Shown here: in pieces, positions 1 to 9,789 of the stretch | Layout: every line of letters begins with the position of its first letter | Numbering within the stretch: the first letter of the stretch is position 1 | DNA from: an uncultured Candidatus Saccharibacteria bacterium | GTDB lineage: Bacteria; Patescibacteriota; Minisyncoccia; Phycocordibacterales; UBA2100 | Assembly: GCA_964594735.1 (NCBI GenBank) | Contig: CAZQMS010000004.1 | Span: forward strand, 13,241-77,240 | Reading direction: 5' to 3' | DNA length: 64,000 nt | The notes under the pieces: model-generated | The model's database searches: none | Told to the model about the DNA's origin: nothing | The model's input: the letters and a program-made list of their open reading frames with translations, nothing else | Position numbers and translations under genes: made by a program

Positions 1-820
1 CGTCGAGTCCGGCACTGTTGAGGCCGCCAGCGCCGCCCCCACCCTGTCCTCCGGTGCCTCCCGTACCGCCCGTCGATTTCGCCCCACCTCCGCCACCGGC
101 GTACCATTTCGTGCTGCCGCTAATTGACGAGCTCTTGCCTAACCCGCCAGCACCCGCCGAATATTTTGACGTACCGCTGGCGCCGGCTGCGCCAGCACCC
201 CCACCTCCACCTCCAGATACATATTCATTCTGATTTGATGCGTTGCCGCTACCGCCCGCATGACCCTGCCCTGAGGTTCCGCTGCCGGGTGCTCCGCTTG
301 CCGTGGGGTTGTGAGCGACAGCTGCGCCTCCGCCCGAGGCCCCGTTGCGCCCATTCCTATTGCTAAATGCTGAGTCCACGCCGTGACCGCCTCCGCCGCC
401 TCCCGCTGCGCTCACGAGCGAGCCTATGCGCGAGCTTGCGCCGTTTTTACCCTGACCGCCCCCTCCCGCGCCGCCCGCGCCCACGGTGATGGTCTGTGAG
501 GTAGAGATGGTCATTGAACCGGAGAGGAATCCTCCCGCGCCCCCACCTCCGCCGACTTTTGCGAGGTCGGGCGCACCTCTCCCGCCGCCGCCGCCACCTC
601 CGACTACCAAGTACTCGACAATGCCGGGCGAGACGGCTGTCAGCGTGCCGGATGATGTAAAAGTGTGGATGCGATACTCACCAGAAATCGTCACGGTGCC
701 ACCCGTGTACCAAGGAGAACATGTTGTGCTCGTGCATGACGCGGCGTCGCCGTGCGCGAGTAGGGGGGCAAGTGCGAAGAGGAATACGAAAAGCGTATGG
801 CGCAGCGTTGGATGCACCAT
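1..820 (-). CDS. Glycine-rich secreted protein, 5' part only. The start codon is ATG at 820 (MVHPTLRHTLFVFLFALAPLLA signal peptide) and the gene runs off the left edge. A beta-rich N-domain (ISGEYRIHTFTSSGTLTAV..VEYLVVGGGGGGG) is followed by poly-Gly/Ser/Ala repeats.
   Basis: Manual translation of the minus strand. It is a paralog of 38883..39788. The plus-strand proline-rich ORF 18..233 is its antisense artefact. Confidence 0.6.
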   Translation of the reverse strand, partial: MVHPTLRHTLFVFLFALAPLLAHGDAASCTSTTCSPWYTGGTVTISGEYRIHTFTSSGTLTAVSPGIVEYLVVGGGGGGGRGAPDLAKVGGGGGAGGFLSGSMTISTSQTITVGAGGAGGGGQGKNGASSRIGSLVSAAGGGGGGHGVDSAFSNRNGRNGASGGGAAVAHNPTASGAPGSGTSGQGHAGGSGNASNQNEYVSGGGGGGAGAAGASGTSKYSAGAGGLGKSSSISGSTKWYAGGGGGAKSTGGTGGTGGQGGGGAGGLNSAGLD

Positions 821-917
821 CTCATTCTAATCGGAGCATGGGCAAGTTGCTGCATCAAAAAAAATGCAAAGTGGGGACACGGTGTGATGCGGCGTAGGGG
901 TGCGAGTCGCGAGAGAT

Positions 918-1511
918 CTACGAGAGCACTTTGTCGATGATGCCGTATTTGACCGACTCCTCCGCGTCCATAAAGAAGTCGCGGTCCACGTCTTTCTCGA
1001 TGCGGTCGAGTTTCTGACCGGTGTTCTTGGCAAGGATTTTGTTGAGGCGCTCGCGCATCTTGAGGATTTGCTTCGCCGTGATTTCGATGTCCGCCGCCTG
1101 ACCTTCCGCGCCGCCGTGCGGCTGGTGAATCATCACCTCGGCATTGGGAAGCGCGAAGCGTTTGCCCTTTTCGCCCGCAGAGAGAAGTACCGCTGCCATC
1201 GATGCCGCCATGCCCACACACACGGTGGAGACGTTGGGCTGGATGTGATTCATGGTGTCGAGAATCGCGAAACCAGCCGAGACCTGACCGCCGGGGGAGT
1301 TGATGTAGAAAGAGATGTCTTTCTTCGGGTCTTCGGATGCGAGGAAGAGGAACTGCGCGACCACGAGGTTGGCCACATCGCCGTCTATCGGACCGCCGAG
1401 GAAGACAATGCGCTCTTTGAGGAGGCGTGAGTAAATGTCGTACGCGCGCTCGCCCATGGAAGTCTTCTCGACGACCATCGGAACCAACATTTGAGAACGG
1501 GGTGTATTCAT
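918..1511 (-). CDS. clpP: ATP-dependent Clp protease proteolytic subunit
   Basis: Conserved ClpP sequence ([31 protein letters not shown]). Start at MNTPRSQ. Sits downstream of tig. Confidence 0.9.
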   Translation of the reverse strand: MNTPRSQMLVPMVVEKTSMGERAYDIYSRLLKERIVFLGGPIDGDVANLVVAQFLFLASEDPKKDISFYINSPGGQVSAGFAILDTMNHIQPNVSTVCVGMAASMAAVLLSAGEKGKRFALPNAEVMIHQPHGGAEGQAADIEITAKQILKMRERLNKILAKNTGQKLDRIEKDVDRDFFMDAEESVKYGIIDKVLS

Positions 1512-1761
1512 ATAGAGCGGAGTGTAGCAAAGTCTTTCCGCTCCGCGCAAATCGCCTAGCCGAGATGCAAAAACGCGGCTGGTCGAAAGACCAGCCGCGT
1601 GAAGTGTCGAGAGCATAAGAACGTTAGGTGCGCTTTTTGGCGTTTTCGCGCACCTGCCGACGTCATTTACTTTTCATCCAATTGTGCTATAATTATGAGA
1701 GTAATTGTTGCGTGTAGCGTTTGCGTCCCAGAGAAACATCCAACAAAAGGGACCAAATCGA

Positions 1762-2049
1762 ATGCAGCCACCTAGCTACGCAGTCATTGTTTCCCGCGTG
1801 GATCGCGGAGGCCGAAACCTGGTGGAACAGTATCCCAATGGTGTTGTCCCAGCGGAAGCGTACGTGCGGATTGCGGCGGAGTGCGACCTGCCTCTCGCGG
1901 CAGTGACTCCGCAAGAAATCAACCGGCACCCCGTTGCGATTGCGATGTACGTCGCGGGGTTCTGCAGGGAAGCGCTTGAGGTCTTGCAATGCAGCTACGA
2001 CGCTGTGTACGCGTTGTTCTGGATTCCGGACAAGCGCACGTTCCACTAA
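1762..2049 (+). CDS. Hypothetical small protein (start uncertain)
   Basis: ORF 1705..2049 has protein-like composition. A GGGA motif lies 9 nt before the ATG at 1762 and a TATAAT-like box lies upstream. Confidence 0.3.
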   Translation: MQPPSYAVIVSRVDRGGRNLVEQYPNGVVPAEAYVRIAAECDLPLAAVTPQEINRHPVAIAMYVAGFCREALEVLQCSYDAVYALFWIPDKRTFH

Positions 2050-2095
2050 TTAATTGTAGGCGCGTAAGGGCTCCCGATTGGGAGTCCTTTTGCTT

Positions 2096-3196
2096 TTAGT
2101 GGTGATGCTCGTGGCCGTGCGAGATGGGTTCGGGGTTGCCTTCGAGGAAGCGCAGCACCATCTCGTTGCGCATCATATGGATGATGTGCGCGCGCAGTGC
2201 CGCAGGATTTGCCTTGGGGTAGTGCTCGCGAGCGTGGCCGAGCTCGTGCTCCACGTCTTTCTCCTCAGGATTGATTTTTTCTTCCTGTGCAATTTTGCCC
2301 AAAATGAGCCGCACCTTTGCGCGCTTGTCCGCGCCCTCTTTCCAACTTTCGCGGATTTCTTCGCGCGTTTTCTTCACTTGAGCGAGGTAGCTCTCAAATG
2401 TCTGGCCGATGCGCGCGAGGTCGTCGGTCATGCGCGCCTCCATGTCGGCGAGTTCGTAGTCGAGCAGCGTCTTGGGGTAGCGGATTTTTGATTTCTCGAC
2501 GAGTTCATCGAGTATCGCGGTGCGCTTCTTCTCTTGTGCCCGCGTCTTCTTCTCGTTGCCTAAATTCTTGCGCACCGCGTCGGAAAACGCAGCGGCATCG
2601 GGATAGCCAAGCGACTGGACGAACGCGTCGTCGAGCTCCGGCAAATCTTTTACGTCGGCAGCGCGCGACTCTTCGGCAGCTTTCTGCGGCTCCGTGCCCG
2701 CTTCTACCTGCCCGATGCGATGCCGTTCGCGGCGCAGATGTGTGAGCGCTTCTTCGTGCTCCTTGTCTGTCACCTCGGTATCCTCGTGCTCTGCCTTGTG
2801 CTTGTCAGATACTTTCTTGTAGTCGGCGAGCTCGATGTCTGGCGCAAGGGCAGCGCGGGCGGTAAAGGAAAGTGGCTTGCCAGCCTGAGGTTCATCGGTG
2901 GTGACGCGCGGGGTATCGACGATGGTGAAATCCTGCTTCGCGATGAGCTCGGGTAGTTCGTGCTGGATAGCTTCTTCAGCAGCGGCACGCATGATAGCTC
3001 CTTCGCCGTAGACGCGGACTATTGCCTCCTCGGGAGCCTTGCCTTTGCGGAATCCGTCGAGTGAGGCATCGCGCTGGATGTTTTTCAGTGCCTGCGCCCG
3101 ATATTTTTGTACAGCTTCCGGCGGAAGCTCGGCCTTGAGTTCCATCTCCCACGCACTCTCGTCGCGCGAGACTTTTACATTGGTCGCAAGTGTCAT
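2096..3196 (-). CDS. tig: Trigger factor (short form, no obvious PPIase domain)
   Basis: N-terminal ribosome-binding motif GFRKGKAP. Classical tig-clpP gene order. Confidence 0.85.
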   Translation of the reverse strand: MTLATNVKVSRDESAWEMELKAELPPEAVQKYRAQALKNIQRDASLDGFRKGKAPEEAIVRVYGEGAIMRAAAEEAIQHELPELIAKQDFTIVDTPRVTTDEPQAGKPLSFTARAALAPDIELADYKKVSDKHKAEHEDTEVTDKEHEEALTHLRRERHRIGQVEAGTEPQKAAEESRAADVKDLPELDDAFVQSLGYPDAAAFSDAVRKNLGNEKKTRAQEKKRTAILDELVEKSKIRYPKTLLDYELADMEARMTDDLARIGQTFESYLAQVKKTREEIRESWKEGADKRAKVRLILGKIAQEEKINPEEKDVEHELGHAREHYPKANPAALRAHIIHMMRNEMVLRFLEGNPEPISHGHEHHH

Positions 3197-3204
3197 CGCA
3201 GGAG

Positions 3205-3298
3205 TCTACCCCATGAGATAAGAACTCTCAAGAATGTGTGAACATCTCCGAACGTTCTATCTCACGGGGTCTACCCCATGAGATACGTACTCTCAAGG
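3205..3298. repeat. Family-B inverted repeats: CTACCCCATGAGATA (x2) and TATCTCACGGGGT, directly upstream of the tig start codon
   Basis: Seen in sequence. The same motif sits upstream of rnhA, the M50 protease and rpmB. Confidence 0.7.
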
Positions 3299-3323
3299 TG
3301 TGGCGCGCAGCGCGCTGGGCGAT

Positions 3324-3545
3324 TTAGGAATTGACTGAGTCGCCTGGGATGAAAGGGAGGGGTTGTGCGTCGGCTCTGTTGAGCTCGGCGCCCCAGAAGT
3401 AGAGCGCGCCCACCACAAGAAGCAGGACGATGATAAAGACACCGACGATGGGACCCGTCCCGCTGCGACGCTTGGGCGCTGCGTGCTCGGGAATCATGTG
3501 AGACGTGTCGCTCGACGGCGTTCCCGGCTGAGGAGTCGGAGGCAT
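3324..3545 (-). CDS. Small single-TM membrane protein
   Basis: ORF 3324..3674 trimmed to MPPTPQPG. Hydrophobic segment GVFIIVLLLVVGALYFW. Confidence 0.35.
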   Translation of the reverse strand: MPPTPQPGTPSSDTSHMIPEHAAPKRRSGTGPIVGVFIIVLLLVVGALYFWGAELNRADAQPLPFIPGDSVNS

Positions 3546-3787
3546 GTGTGTAGTGTACCCCGTAGTAGATGGTGGCGAAAGAAAATCTGTGCAGTGGATA
3601 ACTTCGATTTCGGTTGGAATTACTGAGAGCACGACTGACCCGACTTCTGCGCTGTGCGCATCGCCACCATTCACTACCGGGTGTACCGCGCAGAGTGCGC
3701 ACTACATAATCGCGCTCACCCTGTGGACAAGTGCAAATAGCACCGCCCGGCGTATGCCGGGCGGTGCGTGCGTTCATGATGACTTCT

Positions 3788-4099
3788 TTACAAGCTTGAA
3801 GCAGCCGCCTCGGCGTCTGCATTCATGTTGTTCTCGAATTCGGCCATGCTGGTGGCTTCGAGCTCGGCCTGAATCGATGCGGCGTCGTCGGAGCCGCCCG
3901 TCTGCGGCATCCATGACTCGCTGTCGACATCTGAGTACGTGCTCTCCATTGTGGCGCGCGAGCCGTCGGACATCTGCGAGAGGTAGATGCCTCCGAGGAT
4001 GAGAACGACAAGCACTGCCGCACCGACGAGGAGCGGTCCCGTGAGGGCTGAGCCTGGCTCCCGCGTAACTTGGTTTTCCTGATTCATCGTGGGTTCCAT
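3788..4099 (-). CDS. Small single-TM membrane protein, weak paralog of 3324..3545
   Basis: TM segment LLVGAAVLVVLILGGIY followed by an acidic C-terminus. Confidence 0.4.
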   Translation of the reverse strand: MEPTMNQENQVTREPGSALTGPLLVGAAVLVVLILGGIYLSQMSDGSRATMESTYSDVDSESWMPQTGGSDDAASIQAELEATSMAEFENNMNADAEAAASSL

Positions 4100-4109
4100 G
4101 GTGGCGAGA

Positions 4110-4871
4110 TTAGTTGCTAGTTTCTACTTCTGCACCGACTGTCGCAGTGGCGGAAAGCTGCGCGAGCGCGCGGGCCGTCGAGAGGAGGGCGCTGTGTGCG
4201 GCCTTGATGCTCGAGGTGACTTTCTGAATCGCCGCACGTACTTGTGCCTTGACCTCTTCTGCATTGCTCGATGCGTCTACCGACGCGACGAGGTCTTGGA
4301 GTGATTTGAGGTCTGCCTCCGTGGTCGCGACGAGCGAGACGGAGCTCGCTAGAGATGCCTCGACAGACGCTGTCGCGGCACCAGCCGCCTGAAGCTTGTC
4401 AATACGGCTTTCCATGCGCTCCACCAGGTTGTGGAACATGTTGATGGCGTTTTCGGAGCGTCGTATGGCGCCACCGATGTGCGAACGCAGGAGTGCTTCG
4501 ATGCGTTCCTTTATATTGCCGCGGATTTCCGCTGCCCGCTCGCGCCTCTCCTCGGCATTCTCCCGCATGTCGCGGATGATATTGCGATTTTCGCTCGATT
4601 TCGCTTCTCCTCGCATTTCTGCGCGGGTTTCGAGACGCTGCTCCACCATGCCGTCCCGGAGCTGCATGATGCGCATCTCTGCCTCCTCGCGCAGCTCGAT
4701 GAGCGGCTGCGGACGCGGTCCCGGCGGAAGTGGCCTCGATGTGGTGGCTCTGACCTGTACCGATACCTCGGCGCTTCCGGACACTTCCTGTGCGCTCGCG
4801 AAACTCCCGCCAAAGAGTCCGAGAGTGCCGGCCAGTCCTGCGACGAGGATTTTGCTAATGCTGACATTCAT
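4110..4871 (-). CDS. Secreted coiled-coil protein (signal peptide, Glu/Arg-rich helices)
   Basis: ORF 4110..4877 with signal peptide ILVAGLAGTLGLFGGSFASA. Confidence 0.5.
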   Translation of the reverse strand: MNVSISKILVAGLAGTLGLFGGSFASAQEVSGSAEVSVQVRATTSRPLPPGPRPQPLIELREEAEMRIMQLRDGMVEQRLETRAEMRGEAKSSENRNIIRDMRENAEERRERAAEIRGNIKERIEALLRSHIGGAIRRSENAINMFHNLVERMESRIDKLQAAGAATASVEASLASSVSLVATTEADLKSLQDLVASVDASSNAEEVKAQVRAAIQKVTSSIKAAHSALLSTARALAQLSATATVGAEVETSN

Positions 4872-4947
4872 ATACATAGGTTTCGCTATGAGTAATACCT
4901 GACGGTCATTGTACCGTCTCCATGAAGACGCACGAGCGGGCGGGGGA

Positions 4948-5535
4948 TTACTGTGTGAGCTTAGGCTTGTACTCTTTCTCGTATCGTTCCATCGATTCCT
5001 TAACTACATGCACAGCCTGCTCAGCAGAGAGGAATTCGTTGACCTGGCCGGTGCCCGGTTTTTTCAGTGCCTTGTAATTCTCCCAGTAATACTTCGCTTC
5101 TTTCTTGAAATACTCACCAAGGCTTTCCAGAGAAGTAATGTGCTCTACGCGCTTGTCATCTGCGAGTACGGCAATAATCTTGTCGTCGATTTCGCCACCA
5201 TCAACAAACTTCATGCCGCCGATAATGCGCGCTGCAACGTGAGCGCCGGGAACGAGGGGCTCGGTCACGCTCTCGATGACGATGTCGAGCATGTCGTTGT
5301 CGAGGTCCCACGTCTGCGGGATAGCTCCGTATGTGAAAGGATACGCGAGTGATGAATAGCCGACTCGGTCGAGTTTCAGGTGTCCGGTTTCATTCACGAG
5401 CTCGTACTTGTTGATAGTCCCTGCCGGTACCTCGACAATCGCGTTAAGAATTCCGCTCGCTTCGTCGGCGAATGTAGGTAACACATGCAAAAGATTAGGC
5501 ATGTACATCGTCGGTTTCAAATCAAGATTTGCCAT
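4948..5535 (-). CDS. ppa: Inorganic pyrophosphatase (family I)
   Basis: Family I PPase motifs (AIVEVPAGTINKYE, DGDPLDVL-like block). Start is ambiguous between 5535 and 5508. Confidence 0.85.
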   Translation of the reverse strand: MANLDLKPTMYMPNLLHVLPTFADEASGILNAIVEVPAGTINKYELVNETGHLKLDRVGYSSLAYPFTYGAIPQTWDLDNDMLDIVIESVTEPLVPGAHVAARIIGGMKFVDGGEIDDKIIAVLADDKRVEHITSLESLGEYFKKEAKYYWENYKALKKPGTGQVNEFLSAEQAVHVVKESMERYEKEYKPKLTQ

Positions 5536-5624
5536 AGTGATGCAAAGTGTAGCAGGCAAGCCCCTTTTGACAAGATTCAAGCGTCGGTGTTGGATGCGGG
5601 TAGCAATCAGCAACGGAGGAGCGT

Positions 5625-5963
5625 ATGAATACGCTTATCACGATGCATCCCGCGCTTGCGACCCACGCCGCTGTCATACTCGTAGGCATCTTCATCGGCA
5701 CCTACTCACCTCGCATCTGGGTGGGACCGCCACCTACGAGTGAGGACCTACGACTCTACAGCGTGGCGCTTAGCGTCTGCTGGCTGTACTCGCTCGGGGT
5801 TGTCGCCTCTATCGCCGAAGCGACCAACAGTCAGGTGTCGTGGCTCATGCTGCCGCTGCTCGTTCTCACCAATATTCTGTTCGGAATGTTTGGTGCGTTC
5901 ATCGGGGTCGCGATGGGTTACCTCGGCAGGCTGCTCATCTTTGTGCTTGCGCTCAGTCGGTAG
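5625..5963 (+). CDS. Small polytopic membrane protein
   Basis: GGAGGAG ribosome-binding site 6 nt upstream. Three hydrophobic segments. Confidence 0.5.
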   Translation: MNTLITMHPALATHAAVILVGIFIGTYSPRIWVGPPPTSEDLRLYSVALSVCWLYSLGVVASIAEATNSQVSWLMLPLLVLTNILFGMFGAFIGVAMGYLGRLLIFVLALSR

Positions 5964-6030
5964 TGAGAATGGCCTGCGCAAAAACCGGGCCCGCTTCTGC
6001 GGGCCCGGCTGAAACTTTTCTTGGGGACGC

Positions 6031-7362
6031 CTATGCAGCGTCTTTTTCTTTGCTTTCGTCTGTTTCTTCCTGCTCTTCCTCTACCTTCTCATCCGCAATG
6101 TCGCGGTCCTGCGCGACGGGCTCGAGATTTTCCTCTCCGTCGGCCTTATCCTCCGCAGCGATATCAGTCTTCGTCTCCTCGAAGGCATCTTCCTTGGCGC
6201 TTACATTCTCGACGTCGGTCGGTTGCGACTCCACCGGCGCGGCGCCGTCTTCAGAGACGACCTCGCCGCCCATCGAGCGGATGTCTATCTTCCAACCGGT
6301 GAGGCGTGCCGCGAGGCGGACGTTCTGGCCGCCGCGGCCGATGGCGAGCGACTGCTGGTCTTCCGCTACCTGCACGACAGCACGGTTTTCATTTTCGAAG
6401 AGTTCGATGCCGAGCACCTGCGCGGGCTTGAGCGCCTCCTTTACGTAGTCACCGGCATTCTCGCTCCACTCGACGACATCGATTTTCTCACCGCCGAGCT
6501 CCGAGGTCACGACTGCGACGCGTACGCCGCGTTGACCGACGAGCGCACCCACGGGGTCGATGTGGTCGTCGTTGGAAAAGACAGCAATCTTGGCGCGGCT
6601 GCCCGGCTCGCGGACGATACCTTTGACCTCCACGATTCCCTGTGCCATCTCGGGCACTTCTGTCTCAAACAGCTTCGTGAGGAATTTGGGGTGCGAGCGC
6701 GAGAGGCGGATGAATGTGCCGCGTACGCCTTCGTCGACGCGCAGGAGGAGTGCTCGCACGCGCTCGCCCTGGCGGTACCGCTCGCCGGGAATTTGTTCAT
6801 CGTAGGGGAGTATCGCGGTCGCGCGGCCGAGGTCGATGAAGAGATTGCCGCGTTCGAAGCGCTGCACGTGACCAGTGACGATTTCGCCTTCGCGCGCACC
6901 GTATTCCTGGATGATGCTCGCGCGCTCTGCTTCGCGGACTTTCTGCATGATGACCTGCTTGGCGGCCTGCGCGGCGATGCGTCCGAAGTCTTCCTGCGCC
7001 TCAAGCGGGAAGGAAATCTCTTCGTCGAGCTGCGCGTCGCGCTTTATGCGGCGGGCGTCCTCGAGCATGATGTGCTGCTCAGGATTGAAGCGTGAGCGGT
7101 GGTCGTCTTCGCCAGAGGTCTCCTCATCCTCGCGGCGCACGAGCGTGTCGTCGACGACGATTTTCGCCTGGCGGAATTCGAGGTCGCCCGTTTCTGGGTT
7201 GAAGGTCGAGCGGATGATTTGTCCGCGCTTGCCGTACTCGCGGCGGTACGCAGCGGCCAGCGCGGTCGCTATCGCGTCGATGACGCTGTCGCGCGAGATA
7301 CCGCGCTCTGCCTGGAGCTCATCGAGGGCTGAGTTGAGAGTTTTGAGGTCAAAGAGTGCCAT
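6031..7362 (-). CDS. nusA: Transcription termination/antitermination factor NusA with an acidic C-terminal tail
   Basis: S1 and KH domains (AIGRGGQNVRLAARLTGWKIDI). No rimP or infB neighbours. Confidence 0.9.
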   Translation of the reverse strand: MALFDLKTLNSALDELQAERGISRDSVIDAIATALAAAYRREYGKRGQIIRSTFNPETGDLEFRQAKIVVDDTLVRREDEETSGEDDHRSRFNPEQHIMLEDARRIKRDAQLDEEISFPLEAQEDFGRIAAQAAKQVIMQKVREAERASIIQEYGAREGEIVTGHVQRFERGNLFIDLGRATAILPYDEQIPGERYRQGERVRALLLRVDEGVRGTFIRLSRSHPKFLTKLFETEVPEMAQGIVEVKGIVREPGSRAKIAVFSNDDHIDPVGALVGQRGVRVAVVTSELGGEKIDVVEWSENAGDYVKEALKPAQVLGIELFENENRAVVQVAEDQQSLAIGRGGQNVRLAARLTGWKIDIRSMGGEVVSEDGAAPVESQPTDVENVSAKEDAFEETKTDIAAEDKADGEENLEPVAQDRDIADEKVEEEQEETDESKEKDAA

Positions 7363-7584
7363 ATGGATTATGTTGTATGAACGTCCTTTCTAAAAAAACG
7401 TCCGCCCCAAGGGCGGTACTAATGCGGGAATATTACATTCGACGATTGGCCAAGTCAAGTGCTGACTCGTAAGCCAACAGCGTGCACTTTTTATGCGATT
7501 ATCTCCTTCGCGAATGCTATATAATGAGTCCATCCGGTATGAGTTCCTCTGTTAACTGTCACCTGTAAACTGTCAGCTGTTTTT

Positions 7585-9318
7585 ATGTACATCTCCGACA
7601 CGCACCTCAAATCATTTCTTGCCGACGCGGGGCTTGTCTCGCAGAAAGATTTCGATGCGGCGGAGACTGAAGCCAAAGCGAGCGGGCAGCCTGTGGGCGA
7701 TATCCTCATCGCGAAGAGTGCGATAGGCGAAGACGAACTGCGTCGCACGTATGCGTACATCCTCGGCATTCCCTTCGTCTCGCTCATGGGGACCAACATA
7801 AAGTACGAGACGCTTAGCCTCATCCCCGAGCCCGTCGCGAGGCGCAACAACATCATCGCGTACAACCACCGTGGCGATGAACTAGAAGTCGCCATGCTCG
7901 ACACCGACGACCTCGCAGCGATCGACTTCATAAAGAAGAAGACGCACCTCAAGATTCTCCCGCGCCTCACCGATGCCGCATCGGTAAAACACGCCCTCAA
8001 GCTCTACCAGCAGTCGCTCAAGAATAATCTCGGCGACGTCATCAAGCAGGAGACAGAGGCGCTCGCGCTGCACTCGGCAGAAGCAAAAGATGAAAAGGAA
8101 ATGGCAGAAGGCGTCCCGGCTGTGCGCATCGTCGATACGCTCCTGCGCCATGCCAACGCGCAGGGCGCATCCGACATTCACATCGAGCCGCTCGAGGATT
8201 CGCTCCTCATCCGCTACCGCATCGACGGACTCCTCCACGATGCGATGGAATTGCCGAAACACGCTGCCGCAGCCATCACGGCGCGCATCAAGGTGCTCTC
8301 GAGCATGAAGCTCGATGAAAAGCGTCTGCCGCAAGACGGTCGCTTCGGCACGGAAAATGGCGGTGAGCGCGTTTCGTTCCGTGTATCGATACTCCCGACA
8401 TACTTTGGCGAGAAAATCGTGATGCGCTTGCTTCGCGATTCTATTTCCGGCTTCACGCTCGAGAGCATTGGTTTCCACGGGACAGGGCTCGAGCGCATGC
8501 ACGAAGCAATCCGCAAAACGACCGGCATGATTCTCACCACTGGTCCGACCGGGTCGGGTAAATCCACAACGCTCTACACACTCCTCGACCTCGTGAACAC
8601 GCCCGATGTGAATATCTCGACCGTCGAGGACCCCATTGAGTACCAGATGGCGCGTGTGAACCAGACGCAGGTACGGCCGGAAATCGGATTTACCTTTGCC
8701 AATGGTCTGCGCACACTGGTCCGCCAAGATCCGGACATCATCATGGTGGGCGAAATCCGCGATAAAGAGACAGCAGCGCTTGCGGTCAACGCTTCGCTCA
8801 CCGGCCACCTCGTCCTCTCGACACTCCACACCAACTCCGCCGCGGGCGCCATCGCGCGCCTCCTCGACATGGGCATCGAGCCGTTCCTTCTGGTATCGAC
8901 ATTGCGCGTGGTCATCGGTCAGCGCCTCGTGCGCCGCCTTGCGCCCGACAGGGAAGCGTATGACCTCTCGCGCGACGAGCAGGCGCAGCTTGAACGCATC
9001 GTCGATGCGGGCACGGTGCTCAAGACGCTCAAAGACGAAAAAGCAGTCAAAGCGGATGCGACGTGGAACAAAATCCCGTTCTACAAACCGAAAGAGGGCG
9101 GACAGACGCCGAGCGGCTACTCCGGGCGCGTAGGCATTTATGAAGTGATGCCTGTCACGAGCACCATCAAGGAGCTCATTATGAAAAATGCCACGGGCGA
9201 TGAGATAGAGGCGCAGGCGAAAAAGGAGGGCATGCTCACCATGAGCGAAGATGGCATTTTCCGAGCAGCACAAGGGATGACTACTATCGAAGAAGTGCTC
9301 CGGGTCGTCGCTGAATAA
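7585..9318 (+). CDS. pilB: Type IV pilus assembly ATPase PilB / GspE family
   Basis: Walker A motif GPTGSGKSTT, Asp box and His box. GspE N-terminal domain. No tetracysteine zinc motif. Confidence 0.9.
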   Translation: MYISDTHLKSFLADAGLVSQKDFDAAETEAKASGQPVGDILIAKSAIGEDELRRTYAYILGIPFVSLMGTNIKYETLSLIPEPVARRNNIIAYNHRGDELEVAMLDTDDLAAIDFIKKKTHLKILPRLTDAASVKHALKLYQQSLKNNLGDVIKQETEALALHSAEAKDEKEMAEGVPAVRIVDTLLRHANAQGASDIHIEPLEDSLLIRYRIDGLLHDAMELPKHAAAAITARIKVLSSMKLDEKRLPQDGRFGTENGGERVSFRVSILPTYFGEKIVMRLLRDSISGFTLESIGFHGTGLERMHEAIRKTTGMILTTGPTGSGKSTTLYTLLDLVNTPDVNISTVEDPIEYQMARVNQTQVRPEIGFTFANGLRTLVRQDPDIIMVGEIRDKETAALAVNASLTGHLVLSTLHTNSAAGAIARLLDMGIEPFLLVSTLRVVIGQRLVRRLAPDREAYDLSRDEQAQLERIVDAGTVLKTLKDEKAVKADATWNKIPFYKPKEGGQTPSGYSGRVGIYEVMPVTSTIKELIMKNATGDEIEAQAKKEGMLTMSEDGIFRAAQGMTTIEEVLRVVAE

Positions 9319-9352
9319 GTATCTAGTATTTTGTATGTAGTATTTGGTATGG
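9319..9352. repeat. GTAT-heptad repeat, left arm of hairpin element R1 (GTATCTA GTATTTT GTATGTA GTATTTG GTATGG)
   Basis: About 22 of 30 nt are complementary to the arm at 9755..9784. Confidence 0.7.
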
Positions 9353-9729
9353 AAGCTGCCAAGGCCACCATACGACACTTTACCGACTTGCATGCTTGGA
9401 AGAGCGCAAAGGCTCTCGTGATTTTCGTTTATACATCAACCCAAGCGTTTCCGGTGTCGGAGCAGTTTGGACTAACAAATCAGATGCGCAGGGCCGCGGT
9501 GTCAGTAGCCGCAAACATAGCTGAAGGATTCGCCCGCCGTACAGGCAAGGATAAGCGAGGCTTCTACCAAACAGCGCTCGCATCTCTAGCTGAACTCGAG
9601 AGTCATTTCCTCATTGCGCGTGAACTTAATTTTATTGACCAAAAAAGTTTGGACGAGTTGCGTGGGGCAATAAGTCAGAGCGGCAAACTTCTTACCGGGC
9701 TTATCCGATCTGCGTTGGACCGAACTTAA
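9349..9729 (+). CDS. Four-helix-bundle protein of the 23S rRNA intervening-sequence protein family. It is encoded inside the loop of hairpin R1.
   Basis: Family-typical sequence (HFTDLHAWKSAKALVIFVY...VAANIAEGFARRTGKDKRGFYQTALASLAELESHF). ATG at 9349. The ORF-track start at 9331 is a TTG. Confidence 0.75.
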   Translation: MEAAKATIRHFTDLHAWKSAKALVIFVYTSTQAFPVSEQFGLTNQMRRAAVSVAANIAEGFARRTGKDKRGFYQTALASLAELESHFLIARELNFIDQKSLDELRGAISQSGKLLTGLIRSALDRT

Positions 9730-9754
9730 TCCCCGTTTCTCGCTTCACCTGCAA

Positions 9755-9784
9755 GATACTAAATACGACATACCATATACTGAC
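9755..9784. repeat. ATAC-heptad repeat, right arm of hairpin element R1
   Basis: Complement of 9319..9352. pilC begins 6 nt downstream. Confidence 0.7.
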
Positions 9785-9789
9785 AGGTA

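Noticed and set aside
18-830. Plus-strand proline-rich ORFs (18..233, 486..830) that would encode PPPP-rich proteins
   Set aside because: They are the antisense reading of the minus-strand glycine-rich gene (GGN codons complement to NCC). The minus-strand frame has a signal peptide and matches the paralog at 38883.
691-1530. Long ORFs overlapping known genes in other frames or strands (e.g. 691..1530-, 7882..9393-, 32272..33597-, 40679..41218-, 41085..41690-, 60838..61887-, 23827..24837+, 15964..16671-)
   Set aside because: These are typical spurious open frames in high-GC DNA. Each overlaps a well-supported conserved gene (clpP, pilB, fusA, tuf, rplB, pgk) and their proteins are Arg/Ala-rich low-complexity sequences.
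3271-3822. ORF 3271..3822(-) (183 aa) and ORF 3544..4002(+)
   Set aside because: Both overlap the better-supported small membrane protein ORFs (3324..3545 and 3788..4099 on the minus strand) in other frames, and their proteins are Arg/Ser-rich low-complexity.
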